From the NCBI GenBank assembly GCA_973895155.1, contig OZ316891.1, forward strand, positions 23,373,899-23,437,898: a stretch of DNA of 64,000 nucleotides, read 5' to 3'. Below the pieces are notes generated by a model. It saw only the letters and a list, made by a program, of their open reading frames with translations, did no database searches and was not told where the DNA came from. Each line of letters begins with the position of its first letter. Within the stretch, counting starts at the first letter, position 1. Position numbers and translations under genes: made by a program. The stretch is from Marsupella aquatica (lineage: Eukaryota > Plantae > Marchantiophyta). Below are positions 1 through 10,726 of the stretch, piece by piece.

Positions 1-35
1 CCGAATTGAATCAGAAGCGAGTGACATGTTCTTCA

Positions 36-512
36 TTAATAATATTCTGGCTTAATAATCCAAGTAGTGCTCAAAATCATTGACGGGAGTTGGGAGATAT
101 CCGAATCCAGAATATAAAAATCGAGGTCATGGAATTCTTCTCCGATCTGTATTGGGACTCCTTTAACTCTTCCCCAAAGATTAATGATTCGTCCATCGAT
201 TGATATCTGAGCAGATATCGGTTGTACTTCTTGATGAACAAATTGCTGGCACAGTCTGTGGGAGAGGAAATTAATTCGAGAGCCTGGATCAATAACAAAG
301 TGTTGAATAGCATGTCCTCCCAGTTTGATCTTGCCTTCAAAGGAATGTTGGAAAGCACGGGGTAAAGAATTCCAACAATCCATAGTAGCTTTGATGTCCC
401 ACATGAGCAGATAAATATCAATTCGAAGGAGAAAGAAGGAAACAATTGCAGGATGCTGCAAAAGTAACGGCTTATATACATATAAATGACAACACCGTTT
501 GATATCTCTCAT
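36..512 (-). CDS. Retropepsin-like (aspartic protease fold) ORF with degenerate catalytic motifs, 3' accessory ORF of element A
   Basis: KIKLGGHAIQHFVIDPGSRINFLS...GRVKGVPIQIG...LDFYIL...MILSTTWI parallels the element's own protease (VQIQGCVIRRVPVDGGASVNLIT...GKLTRVETLIAG...LDYVVI...VLLGRPWL). Confidence 0.65.
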   Translation of the reverse strand: MRDIKRCCHLYVYKPLLLQHPAIVSFFLLRIDIYLLMWDIKATMDCWNSLPRAFQHSFEGKIKLGGHAIQHFVIDPGSRINFLSHRLCQQFVHQEVQPISAQISIDGRIINLWGRVKGVPIQIGEEFHDLDFYILDSDISQLPSMILSTTWIIKPEYY

Positions 513-524
513 AAATGGTGTCCT

Positions 525-3098
525 TCAAATCTGTGTCCTAGATAAAACACCTTGAATAATCACATCCGGATAAAAAGGAATAATAGGTAGGAACGCTAAA
601 CACCTAAGCGACTTGAACCCTTGGGAAGCCGGTAGCATACATTGTTTTGTAATCAACTGCTCCCTTAGCTTAACAAGCTTCTTCTCATATTTAATTGGAA
701 TAGCAAACCCACCAGGACAAACCCAAACATAGTATGGATAGGGCCATGGAATTTCCGGCACAAGGGGCGGAAATGGAGCTTGAGCTCGTCGAAGCATATA
801 CACCCAACACCAAATTTCGAACTCCGAAAACTTATGTCGTCTGTCCTTATCAATGGGAGGAACCGCCTTCCCAGGTTCATATGTGCGAATCAAACTACGA
901 ATCCTCGGATGGGATGTCATTGGCAAAATCTGCTGCTGCTGCAAAATGCTCTCCATCTCCAGATGTCGAAAAGCTACTCGAAAATGTTTCTTCTCCCACC
1001 TGTGAATTGAAGCCAAATTAGGGATAGGATTTCGGGGTGGCAAATCCACTGTATGCCGAAGTCGAGGAGGTACTCTGATAATGCGAGGGTCTTCGTCTTC
1101 TTCTCCATCACTTGGTGCTCCTATCCAACGGAAAATTACATCTGGCATAGCGGAAGGAATCACTGACTCCTTAACTGGTCGAATTGGCAATGTAACAGGA
1201 GACGAAGGAGCAGAAGGTTCGGGCTCCAGTGGTTCAAATTCTTCTCTTGCAACAGTAGCTGGTTGATCTGCAATGGGATGCATTGGTACTAAAACAGGAA
1301 GTTCTTCTTTAAAATTATCGCTAGGTAAAGAGACTTCCTGGTTAGTTCGATCTGTCAAAAGTACAGGAAGGGGTAGCTCGTCTGTTCCGATAGGTGCTTC
1401 TCCCTGTTCAAAATCCTGGGAAGATGCTTCAGGAAAGATCTGTCGACTGATAGCATGGCGCAACCGTTTCCAAGATTTTCGAGTATACGTCACTGAAAAC
1501 TCCTCCCGAATGTTTTTATCCTCGTTTGTAGCCAATGAAACTGGTGCTGAGCTGGTTGTCGAAGCGGGTGTCTCGGGTACCAATATGGGTACAGATATAC
1601 CCATATTACCAGATACCTGATTGCGACTCGGAAAACCAGCAGAGCCTCCTTCAATCAACTCATCTTCAGGAGAAACCCATTTTACAGGCGGAAATGAAGG
1701 AGCTCCTATCGCGGCTATTGCCTCATCTAATTCCTTAGTTATATCCAAAGGAATCGATATGAGTGAACCAGGTGTAGACCAGGCAGGGTATCTTGCGACA
1801 GATTGGGGAGAAGTCACTGGTTCACCTACTTCGTCTATATCCACAATTGCATCCTCCGAATCAACTTTAACCAGCTTCACAATTTCTGAGCTTAATATTT
1901 CTGACTCCTGGACCAGAGGGATTTCACCTATATTTGGGCTAGAACTAAGAGAGTCGGACGAATCATACTCCTGTAAAGCCTGCAAAGCATCACTATTTGC
2001 CTCTATGGGAACCAAAACAGGGGTAGAAGTAAATCCATCATACTCGTCCTCAGCAGTAGAATGTTGAAGAGGTTCCCCTGAAAAACCTTCTTCATCCACC
2101 CTCACCTCATCTTCAACATTCATCCGAGAAGCAGAATTATCCTGATCAACATCATAAATAGGCTCGGCAGCACAAGGTGAACACGAGAGTCGAGGTGACA
2201 TAGAATGCTCCAACCCTGTTGGCATTGCTGAAGGAACATCTTCGGCAACTTGAGCCTCTCTTGGTTGGTGAAGAATCGGATCGTCACTCCCTTCAGCTGA
2301 TGCTCTTGTCTCTTTCAATTTCCGAACTTCACCCACCAGTTCAGGTTCCTCACAGTCGAGTATTGCACATAGCTCTACCACTGTGGAATTGGCTCGGACT
2401 TCTCGTACTTCAGGCATATAATTTGCTTCACCGGTAGATGCTCTCTGATTGTTGCGATAAAAATCTTTTTCCAAGACAAGCAGACAGTCATACTTATGGT
2501 AAATGTGAGCTAAATAAGGGGCCAAGTAGGTACACCTTATTTTCCCCGTTTTCAGCCTGCTACGAAAATTTTTGACCTGAGTATGAATTACTCGGTGCAA
2601 AACCTTCGTCCAATTGATAGACTGCGTCTGTTCTAATGAACAGATCACCGTTGCAGCGAACGAAAGAGTGATGCGCGTCTGGCTTTCTGGGTAGAAAATT
2701 GGTGCCAGAAATCGAAATAGACGCTGCAGAGAATTATCTAAGCAGTCCGCCGCTAGCCATCCATTCCGCCTCTTGAAAGATCCTGGAGCGAAGAAGGATT
2801 CTACATAAACCCGAGGCTCACAATCAACCCTCTGTAAATCCTCGCCCTCCATCAGCGTCGAATAGACCTTCGCTATGAGCGCTTCAGTCCAAACACTGGG
2901 ACGCGAGCGCACACCAATCCTTTCTTCAGCGTCCCAGACACCTTGATCGATAAGGCTGAATTCGCAAATCTTCCAAGGAAGTTGAAGCAGCTTCTTCAAG
3001 CCCATTTTTGCCAGAGCCGTCTTCAACTGCCGCCTATGCACTGCATTCGATGGAATGTCTGCGAGTATTGGTCGCGTCGTCAGCTCAGTCTCTGCCAT
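525..3098 (-). CDS. Accessory (extra/env-position) ORF of element A, 857 aa: N-terminal plant-TE accessory domain, long acidic/Pro-rich disordered middle
   Basis: Intact ATG-started ORF downstream of integrase, same strand. The N-terminal ~200 aa shares motifs by eye with the ORF at 18410-20719. Confidence 0.8.
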   Translation of the reverse strand: MAETELTTRPILADIPSNAVHRRQLKTALAKMGLKKLLQLPWKICEFSLIDQGVWDAEERIGVRSRPSVWTEALIAKVYSTLMEGEDLQRVDCEPRVYVESFFAPGSFKRRNGWLAADCLDNSLQRLFRFLAPIFYPESQTRITLSFAATVICSLEQTQSINWTKVLHRVIHTQVKNFRSRLKTGKIRCTYLAPYLAHIYHKYDCLLVLEKDFYRNNQRASTGEANYMPEVREVRANSTVVELCAILDCEEPELVGEVRKLKETRASAEGSDDPILHQPREAQVAEDVPSAMPTGLEHSMSPRLSCSPCAAEPIYDVDQDNSASRMNVEDEVRVDEEGFSGEPLQHSTAEDEYDGFTSTPVLVPIEANSDALQALQEYDSSDSLSSSPNIGEIPLVQESEILSSEIVKLVKVDSEDAIVDIDEVGEPVTSPQSVARYPAWSTPGSLISIPLDITKELDEAIAAIGAPSFPPVKWVSPEDELIEGGSAGFPSRNQVSGNMGISVPILVPETPASTTSSAPVSLATNEDKNIREEFSVTYTRKSWKRLRHAISRQIFPEASSQDFEQGEAPIGTDELPLPVLLTDRTNQEVSLPSDNFKEELPVLVPMHPIADQPATVAREEFEPLEPEPSAPSSPVTLPIRPVKESVIPSAMPDVIFRWIGAPSDGEEDEDPRIIRVPPRLRHTVDLPPRNPIPNLASIHRWEKKHFRVAFRHLEMESILQQQQILPMTSHPRIRSLIRTYEPGKAVPPIDKDRRHKFSEFEIWCWVYMLRRAQAPFPPLVPEIPWPYPYYVWVCPGGFAIPIKYEKKLVKLREQLITKQCMLPASQGFKSLRCLAFLPIIPFYPDVIIQGVLSRTQI

Positions 3099-3481
3099 CG
3101 CGTGACTTGTTAGCTCCGTAAGCTCAGTGAGAATCGTGTTCCATAGTGAACTAGGGCGAAGCGCGACTGCTTACTCCTCAGCGTCCCGTTGAGCTGTCGC
3201 AATCCGCCATTGTACAAGATGCCTAGTCATCGGCTCACAGCGTCTCATGCAACTGAACTAATACAAAAGCGGACCTCTGCACAACGTCCTTTGTAAACTA
3301 AGTGGACGCTTCCCCAGCGTCGAGTTACAATGGACGCTTTTCACAGCGTCCAATGTAAAAACTGAAAGTAACTAAAAAAAATTAAAAAAATATGCCGAAT
3401 ACTTACTAGGGAGGGTCACTAATTCTAACTAAGTATAACTACCGCCCTCCACTTAAATTGCAACCTGTCCCAGGTGGAATT

Positions 3482-6454
3482 CTAAATGGAAGACTCATAG
3501 TACCGTTTAATCCTAAACCCATTGATTCTAGTGTTAAGTGGGTGACCATCTAAGGTAGTCAATGAAACTGAACCATTATCCCAGATGTGTGTAACTCGGT
3601 AAGGACCAATCCAATGAGTATGAAGTTTCCCAGGAAATAGCATATAACGAGAATCAAAGACTAATGCTAAATCACCAACATCTAACTGCACTACGCGCAG
3701 CTTCTTATCATAAGCAAGTTTACGCTGGTTCTGAATGGTGACTGTATGGTCTAATGCTAAAAGTCTAACTTCTTCTAATTTAACAATATTGGAAAACCGA
3801 TGTGAGAGACTATCTGAAGGAGAGAGTCGGTGTGGTACCAAGATACGTTCCGTTGGTAACGAAAATTCTATTGGAATAATACTATTCAGGCCATAGGTCA
3901 GATAGAAGGGGGTGTGAAGAGTTGTAATCTTCTCAGCGGTGCGGTAAGCCCATAATGCAGAATGGAGCTTCACATCCCAATCTGTCTTGTGAGATTCTAC
4001 CATTTTATTCAGAATCTTGCCCATAATGCCATTAGCTCTCTCGGTTAAGCCATTAGCTCGGGGGTTGTAAGGAGTAGTTTTGCGATGCTTGATAAGATAA
4101 AGGTCAGTGATTAACTCAATAGTTGAGTTAAGAAAATGCAAACCCCTATCGCTTACCAACTCCAAAGGACAACCAAACCGGGTGATAATGTGCTCAAAGA
4201 GAAATGCAGCTGCGGTTATAGCATCATTCTTGCGAGTAGCTTTCGCCTCTACCCATTTGGTGGCATAATCAGTGGCCAGAATAATATATTTGCTTCGGCT
4301 TTTCCGAGCTGCTGGAGAAATTGGGCCAATAAAATCAATCCCCCATTTCTCAAATGGTGCCAACGGAAGGATAGGCGTAAGAGGCCATTTGGAACTAGCA
4401 GTGGGCTTCCCGATCCTTTGACAGGGATCACAGGTCTTAATAAAATTGTAAGTATCTCGATGCATAGTAGGCCACCAGTATCCAGCATCCAAAATTTTCT
4501 TAACTGTGGTATTCACTGCATAATGCCCACCGGTTTCTCCTGAATGTAAAGCTTCAATTACTTGGGGAAGTTCCCTATCCTCTAGACAACGTCGCAATTG
4601 TTGATCAGGACCTTGTTTAAACAAAGTGCCCCGAATAATGGTATAGGGACCCACCTTATGAGCAAAGACAGCTCGTTCTTCCGCATTAAAGCCTTCAGGG
4701 AACGTTCCATGAAGCAGCATGTGCACAATATTAAAATATCGAGAAGACTCCCCTTCAATGTGCCACAAATGCTCGTCAGGAAATTCATCGGAGAGATTAT
4801 GCTGATTCTCCGGACCAGGTAACCGAGATAGGAAGTCTGCATTCTCATGATGTTTGCCAGGTCGGACATGAACTTCATAATCAAATTCTTGGAGTAGTAA
4901 AACCCAGCGGGCTACTCGTCCTGAGAGATCCACTTGGTTAACCAAATATTTTAAGGAATTATGATCAGTGTGAAAAGTAACCTGATACCCCAACAAATAG
5001 TGACGAAATTTCTTACACGCAAAGACGATGGCCAAAGCTTCCCGTTCAGTGACGGAGTAGTTTTTCTCGGCTGCACTCATTTGGCGGCTGGCATAGTAAA
5101 TTGGATGGTCACGGTTTTCCACATCCTTCTGACTGAGATTAGCTCCAATGCAGAACGCAGAAGAGTCAATGAAGACATGAAACTTCTTAGTCCAATCTGG
5201 GGGTGACAAAATAGGTGCAGAGATTAACCGATCCTTGAGCAACTGGAATGCTTGCTGCCGCTCCTCATTCCATGTATATTCCACATCACTTTTTAACAGT
5301 TGGGTTAAGGGTAAGGCAATATTAGCATGTTTATAAATGAACCGACGATAATACCCCACATGTCCCAGAAAAGCACGAAGCTGCTTTAAATCGGTCGGTG
5401 GTTGCAACTCCATAATTACTCTAACCTTCTCTGTATCAACCTCAATGCCGCGTTGTGAAATAACATGGCCTAACAAAATTCCCTCCTTCATACCAATAAA
5501 GCACTTTTCTGGATGAAGACACAACTGAGCCTCTCTACACTTCTGAAATGTCTTCTCCAAATGGACGAGGTGTTCAGCCGCTGACCCGTAAACACAAAAG
5601 TCGTCAATAAAAATCTCCATGAAATGCCGCAAATATTCTTGAAAAATAATCATCATAATGCGCTGAAAAGTACCCGGGGCATTACACAGCCCAAAAGGCA
5701 TCATGGTAAATGCATATGTACCCCAGTCGGTGGTGAACGTAGTCTTGTCGCGATCCTCCTTCCGAATGGACACGTGGTTATAACCAGAGTACCCATCTAA
5801 AAAACTGTATAACTCATGCAAGGCCACTGAATCAAGTACCAGATCAATAAATGGCAAAGGATAATGATCTTTCCGAGTGGCAGCATTCAACTTCCGGAAG
5901 TCTTGACAAACGCGAATTTTCGTTTTACCATCGGGTCCCGGCTTTTTGGGGACAATGACAATTGGTGAGACCCATTCACTACTCAAGACCGGGTAGATAA
6001 ATCCAGCAGTCGTGAGCTTGTCCAACTCGTCTTTAACCAGGATGGAATATTTGGGATTCAAACGGTACTGTCTCTGTCGGACAGGTACTGCTCCTTCCAT
6101 AAGGTCAATACGATGTTCGCCCAAATGTGGATGGATACCTTTTAAATCAGAATGACTCCAGGCAAAGACATCTTTATACTGGGTTAATAAAATGATATAC
6201 TGTTCCCGTAGCTCTCCTTCGATATGCTTACCAATATTCAAAAACTTGCCTAGCTCAATTTCGATTTTCTGACAAGCTTTTGGATCCACAATTCCATCCG
6301 TGAGGTTTGCCGGCTGAAGTCCAAGTTTGGATACTTCTGGTGCAAATGGCTCAAGGGTAGCTGACACTCCCATATCATGGTGTAAATCCCTATTAGCCTC
6401 AGTATTAGGAGGTTCGTCTGCTGCTGGGCCCACTTCCGATGATGAAGTTAATTG
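3482..6454 (-). CDS. pol: Pol (reverse transcriptase, RNase H, integrase) of element A; in frame with gag-PR across a single UGA
   Basis: RT motifs LDGYSGY, MPFGLCNAP, FIDDF; RNase H DSS..IGA, EREALA, TDH; integrase HHCC (H..H..CDPCQ), WGIDF, SDRG, ERAN; GPY motif WIGPY. The listed ORF 3482..6433 opens at a GTG, not an ATG. Confidence 0.95.
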   Translation of the reverse strand, partial: QLTSSSEVGPAADEPPNTEANRDLHHDMGVSATLEPFAPEVSKLGLQPANLTDGIVDPKACQKIEIELGKFLNIGKHIEGELREQYIILLTQYKDVFAWSHSDLKGIHPHLGEHRIDLMEGAVPVRQRQYRLNPKYSILVKDELDKLTTAGFIYPVLSSEWVSPIVIVPKKPGPDGKTKIRVCQDFRKLNAATRKDHYPLPFIDLVLDSVALHELYSFLDGYSGYNHVSIRKEDRDKTTFTTDWGTYAFTMMPFGLCNAPGTFQRIMMIIFQEYLRHFMEIFIDDFCVYGSAAEHLVHLEKTFQKCREAQLCLHPEKCFIGMKEGILLGHVISQRGIEVDTEKVRVIMELQPPTDLKQLRAFLGHVGYYRRFIYKHANIALPLTQLLKSDVEYTWNEERQQAFQLLKDRLISAPILSPPDWTKKFHVFIDSSAFCIGANLSQKDVENRDHPIYYASRQMSAAEKNYSVTEREALAIVFACKKFRHYLLGYQVTFHTDHNSLKYLVNQVDLSGRVARWVLLLQEFDYEVHVRPGKHHENADFLSRLPGPENQHNLSDEFPDEHLWHIEGESSRYFNIVHMLLHGTFPEGFNAEERAVFAHKVGPYTIIRGTLFKQGPDQQLRRCLEDRELPQVIEALHSGETGGHYAVNTTVKKILDAGYWWPTMHRDTYNFIKTCDPCQRIGKPTASSKWPLTPILPLAPFEKWGIDFIGPISPAARKSRSKYIILATDYATKWVEAKATRKNDAITAAAFLFEHIITRFGCPLELVSDRGLHFLNSTIELITDLYLIKHRKTTPYNPRANGLTERANGIMGKILNKMVESHKTDWDVKLHSALWAYRTAEKITTLHTPFYLTYGLNSIIPIEFSLPTERILVPHRLSPSDSLSHRFSNIVKLEEVRLLALDHTVTIQNQRKLAYDKKLRVVQLDVGDLALVFDSRYMLFPGKLHTHWIGPYRVTHIWDNGSVSLTTLDGHPLNTRINGFRIKRYYESSI

Positions 6455-9400
6455 TCAGGAGGGCCTAGTTGGTTTTATGGGAGCATCAGACAGATAAACT
6501 TCCAAGTAACGAACTTCCTCCAGTTCAAATTCCAATGGCTGCAGGACTAGCGAAGAGGTCGAAAAATCCGAGGTGTACCCATCATCTGTTTGTGTTTCTT
6601 CAAAATGTGGTTCCGGAACCCAACTAACAGTCACCTTAGGCTTCCCAAATGAAAGCTCTTGAGATTGCCAATTAACCTGAACTTGAGCCTTATACAACCA
6701 TGGTCGGCCTAACAAAACAGGAAAGCTGGATGGTATTTCCGGATTAATAACCACATAATCCAACAGAAAAGGGACACCAGCAATCAAAGTTTCTACTCTG
6801 GTCAGCTTCCCTATGGGTACCACACGAGACTGATCCGCCATGCGCAAAATCTTGGGAGTGGGCTCAAACTTAGTGAAACCCAAATTAAATGCTGCTGACT
6901 GTGTAATCAGATTAACGCTGGCTCCTCCATCCACAGGAACTCTCCGAATGACACACCCCTGGATTTGAACCTCAATTTCCATCGGTCCTTTGTCCTCCCA
7001 CTCTGTTCGTAGCACATCCACCGAAGGTAACTTCTTCTTCCTCCGTTTTCCTGCAAGGAGGCTCCTCAGCTGTCGCCTATAAACCGGATTGTCCTGTAAT
7101 AATTCCCCAATGGTGATATGTGCAGGATGATTCTTGACATCTTCAACAATATCATAACCTGGATTTTTCAGTGGCTCTTTAGCTTTGACTACTACTGGTG
7201 GGTTAGGAGATTGCACTTGCTCCTTAACTAGCTCTTCCAGATGGTCTTTCACTTCCAAAGAGATGTCGGGCAAGAAGTATTTTGGGTCATATCGGTCATA
7301 AGCAGGGTCGTCTTCTTTGTCGAGGCCTTCCTTACATGGCTTGCGCCCTTCATCCTTGGGAGCTTTCGCGACCTTCTGATGCTCGTGCTTCTTGGTCTCC
7401 TTTTTCTTCGAACGAGTAGTTGCGTAAATATTAGTCAGAACTTTATCCCGATTCTGAACTCGATCATTCGGCATACCAACTACTTCAGGTTTCACTAAAT
7501 GACTTACCAAGACATCAGGCACCACCCCGGATACTGGTTGATGAAAAAGTGAATCTGGCTTTAATTCCACCCGATTTACATCCATATGTTGAATGAAGCT
7601 GCATTGCTCCATCTCTTCAGAATAAACCATCCGAATCTTGGCTTCAGGTCGACTTGCTTCTTTAACTGGCTCTTGAGCAAATCGAACCATCAGCCTAGGC
7701 TTAGCCGGATTCGGGCATTCCACCGGTAAGTGTCCTTCTTTTCCACAGTTCCCACAGACAGGTGTATACCCCACCTCCTGTTTGGGATAAGGGCACTGGG
7801 GTGAATAATGATCAGGTTGGCCACAATTCCAACAAGCCCCTTTTTGACGCGGCATTCCTCGTGGTGGGTATCCTCCCGGGGGTCCCATGGGTGGTCTTGA
7901 CGTTGGTTTATTGAAAGTGGGCTTAGGTGGTCCCCAAGTCGGTCTGGAAGCAGGAGGTGGTGGGAAATACTGTCCAGGGGGTGCTGTTTGGACGGTATAC
8001 GTGGGATCGTACTCATACTCCTCAGCCTCTTCTTGACCATCTACATAATTCACCGGGGTTCGTAATGTGGGGCACTCGTTCGGGTAATGGCCCTGCTGAC
8101 TGCATCGGGTGCACCATACGTTCATTCTCATGGGAGCAGGCAACCTTCGTACTGGTTTTACCGCGGCGATATTGACATTCAACTTGGACAATTGGCCAGA
8201 GAGTTCTTCCATCATGCGATCCATCTTCTTCTGGTTGGGAACTTTATTATTCCCTTTTACAGAGGATTTCTTCTTTTTAGGAGCAACGGATTCTGAGTCG
8301 GAACTTGAGCTTGAACTATCACTAGTGCTCGAATTTGTACTCTCGTCCTCCTCACTAGTGCTACTTCCACTTGATTCCGTCTCCGAGTCAGATTTAGACC
8401 TGGACGTTTTCTTCTTCTTTCTTTTGTCTTTCTTCAGGTCCTTCTTAACTCGTTTTCTCTCTGAAATCTCCGAGTCTACGTACTTCTGGGCTGCCTCTTG
8501 TACTTCTTCCAAAGTGGTGCCACCTTCTCGTCTCACGTAACGAGCAATCCTGGAGGGTAAACCGTTAATAAACCAGTCCTTGATAGTAGATTTCGAGGTA
8601 GCTGGATTATATTGATCTACCAAATCCAATAATTTGTCGGCATATTTCCTCACAGACCCATGTTTCTTCATGTGCAGATGTGAGATTCGGGCAAAGGCAC
8701 GCGCAGCTGCTCCTTCTTCTTTATATTTGGCCAAGAAAGCAGCCTTCAATTTCCCCCAATCCTGCTTGTCCGGAAAACGGTCATACCATTTCTGAGCACC
8801 CTTTTTCATTAGACCACCAAACAGATTGGCTTTTTCAGCGTCTTGACTCTGTCCATTGGATGCAGCTGCAGCTTCAAATTCTTTCAAATACACCTCTGCA
8901 TCCTCCTTGGAAGTACCGAAGAACCGGTCGTACCTCACATTATTTCGAGCCATCGTGGTTGGAGCTAGGAGGGTAACGAAAGGAAGAGCTGATCGGGTAG
9001 CAAATGGGTTTGGGCTGCCCAAGCCTGAACTGCTGCTTGTCTCACTAGAAGACGAACCACCGGCTTCACTCAGTGGTTCTGGATTATCCAATTGTGAAAG
9101 ATCGACAGAATTATCTTGGGCCAGCGATTCTGCAACTGTATTCTCGGGCAAACCCAAATTTCTTCCTTCGGTATGAGATAAGGCCCTCTCAGTGGTACTA
9201 TCCACACCAGAGTCAATTTGGTTCACCGAACGTACTGTCTGCTGGCGGAGCTTGGTCTTTTGAGAACCAATAAGTTTTGGACCTGAACGAAGATTTACAA
9301 ACAGGGGTCGGGTCGACGTGGGCCTTTCCAAAGAGCCACTTGCCTCTTGAATAGATCCCACTTGTTTCCACACACTACCCGGTGCAGGTGCTCCTGGTGA

Positions 9401-9508
9401 CTGGAATTCGGGTAACAATGTGCGAGGGGTCACTACTAATTTTGCAGCATCCGAATTACTGGAGGTCTTGGTAGGTTTTCTTTTATTCGGTGGATCTCCC
9501 TCAGACAT
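6455..9508 (-). CDS. gag: Gag-protease of element A (1017 aa)
   Basis: Retrotransposon gag core; three CX2CX4HX4C knuckles (CTRCSQQGHYPNEC, CWNCGQPDHYSPQC, CGNCGKEGHLPVEC); protease VDGGASVN and LLGRPWL. Confidence 0.95.
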   Translation of the reverse strand: MSEGDPPNKRKPTKTSSNSDAAKLVVTPRTLLPEFQSPGAPAPGSVWKQVGSIQEASGSLERPTSTRPLFVNLRSGPKLIGSQKTKLRQQTVRSVNQIDSGVDSTTERALSHTEGRNLGLPENTVAESLAQDNSVDLSQLDNPEPLSEAGGSSSSETSSSSGLGSPNPFATRSALPFVTLLAPTTMARNNVRYDRFFGTSKEDAEVYLKEFEAAAASNGQSQDAEKANLFGGLMKKGAQKWYDRFPDKQDWGKLKAAFLAKYKEEGAAARAFARISHLHMKKHGSVRKYADKLLDLVDQYNPATSKSTIKDWFINGLPSRIARYVRREGGTTLEEVQEAAQKYVDSEISERKRVKKDLKKDKRKKKKTSRSKSDSETESSGSSTSEEDESTNSSTSDSSSSSSDSESVAPKKKKSSVKGNNKVPNQKKMDRMMEELSGQLSKLNVNIAAVKPVRRLPAPMRMNVWCTRCSQQGHYPNECPTLRTPVNYVDGQEEAEEYEYDPTYTVQTAPPGQYFPPPPASRPTWGPPKPTFNKPTSRPPMGPPGGYPPRGMPRQKGACWNCGQPDHYSPQCPYPKQEVGYTPVCGNCGKEGHLPVECPNPAKPRLMVRFAQEPVKEASRPEAKIRMVYSEEMEQCSFIQHMDVNRVELKPDSLFHQPVSGVVPDVLVSHLVKPEVVGMPNDRVQNRDKVLTNIYATTRSKKKETKKHEHQKVAKAPKDEGRKPCKEGLDKEDDPAYDRYDPKYFLPDISLEVKDHLEELVKEQVQSPNPPVVVKAKEPLKNPGYDIVEDVKNHPAHITIGELLQDNPVYRRQLRSLLAGKRRKKKLPSVDVLRTEWEDKGPMEIEVQIQGCVIRRVPVDGGASVNLITQSAAFNLGFTKFEPTPKILRMADQSRVVPIGKLTRVETLIAGVPFLLDYVVINPEIPSSFPVLLGRPWLYKAQVQVNWQSQELSFGKPKVTVSWVPEPHFEETQTDDGYTSDFSTSSLVLQPLEFELEEVRYLEVYLSDAPIKPTRPS

Positions 9509-10702
9509 CCCTCATTCTCCAAGCACGGGTGATTTTGAGACACCAGACCCGCTCCTCAGGAGTCTTTATGCAAGGAGTCATCATTTAGGTGCGACGTTAT
9601 CACCCCACTCCGGGAGATATGAACCTGCTTCCTCAAAGTGACTTCCCGTAGCGTCGTTCAACATCCCTTGCATGATTCCTCCCCCTTGCTATCCCGTAGC
9701 TAATACTTCCCTTCAGTGACCAGCCGAGATTCTAAAACCTCGTTTTCTCTGGTGCGTCCTTCAGGTTGAGACGCGGAAAGGCACACCAGAAGCGTCGCGC
9801 ACGTTGGTTCGTCACAGATTCCACCGGACGCTGCTCACAGCGTCCACTGGGATCGGACGCTACTCGAAGCGTCCTGACTTGCGGAATCTTCTGGGCCGAA
9901 TCGCATTGGACGCTCTTCGCGGCGTCCTTCCTTATCTCCTTTACGGTGGCGATTACTGGAACCGGGCGTTCCCCATAATCTCCGACTTCCTTCACCCTGA
10001 AATTTCTTTACCACATGGTACGCTACACTAGGCCATCCTACTAATCAGACGTCTAACTCCTTCCTAATCTTCTACGCAATTCCTGGTGCATGATTCTTTC
10101 CGCTAACTCCCGAATGGAAATGACTAAATATCACTCCTGTGTGATCCTACCATTCAGCCTTAATATTACTAAATGCAAACTTTCATCTTCCCACCAGGTG
10201 ATAGTTAACCAATGTATGCCATTCCTCCCTCTCAGGCTCAGAACCCAAGAATTAACATAACGATTCCTCAAATTCCTAATTCTTAATGTTCCCAAAGATC
10301 GGATAGGTGGCATCGGTCACACGAACCAGGATGGTTGGACAATTTTACAAATCATACGTCCCGAGCAACGTTAGAATAACTTCACTTGTCACTCAAAGTG
10401 TCTTTGGTGTCTTCGACTATCTCCAAAGCAACTTGACGAGCAACAGCTCCTCTCTGTGAGGCCTTTTCTGGTGGGAGGGCGGTTTCTTCTCTTAAGTTTG
10501 GCACCACAAATTTTTCCAATACTCTTAAGAGAGCTTCCGGGGCGCTTTGGATAGAGTACGGCATCACCTCGAAATGGAAGCTCTTCATCTTTTTAACTGG
10601 AGTGATGACGCATCTTCACAATTATAGTAGAACGTGAATTCCTCTCCCGTCTAGCTCCTTCTGGCATACACTGCCTGTACGTCAATTCAATCTTAAATTC
10701 GT

Positions 10703-10720
10703 TCCCCGGCAGCGGCGCCA
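10703..10720 (-). promoter_or_regulatory. Primer-binding site (tRNA-Asp type) of element A
   Basis: Plus strand TCCCCGGCAGCGGCGCCA resembles the plant tRNA-Asp 3' end with CCA; 6 nt from the LTR end; identical 18-mer at 61625-61642. Confidence 0.9.
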
Positions 10721-10726
10721 AAAAGA

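Noticed and set aside
1081-2067. Antisense ORFs opposite the long TE ORFs (also 8109-9176, 19068-20297, 57602-61035)
   Set aside because: Low-complexity shadow frames of the real coding strand with no recognisable motifs.
9732-10588. Ogre-like ORF1 upstream of element A gag
   Set aside because: Only short fragments (60-87 aa) with no recognisable domain; cannot be supported.
10703-10720. tRNA gene (ends in GGCGCCA; also 61625-61642)
   Set aside because: Only the 3' 18 nt match, there is no cloverleaf, and the position next to the LTR identifies it as a PBS.
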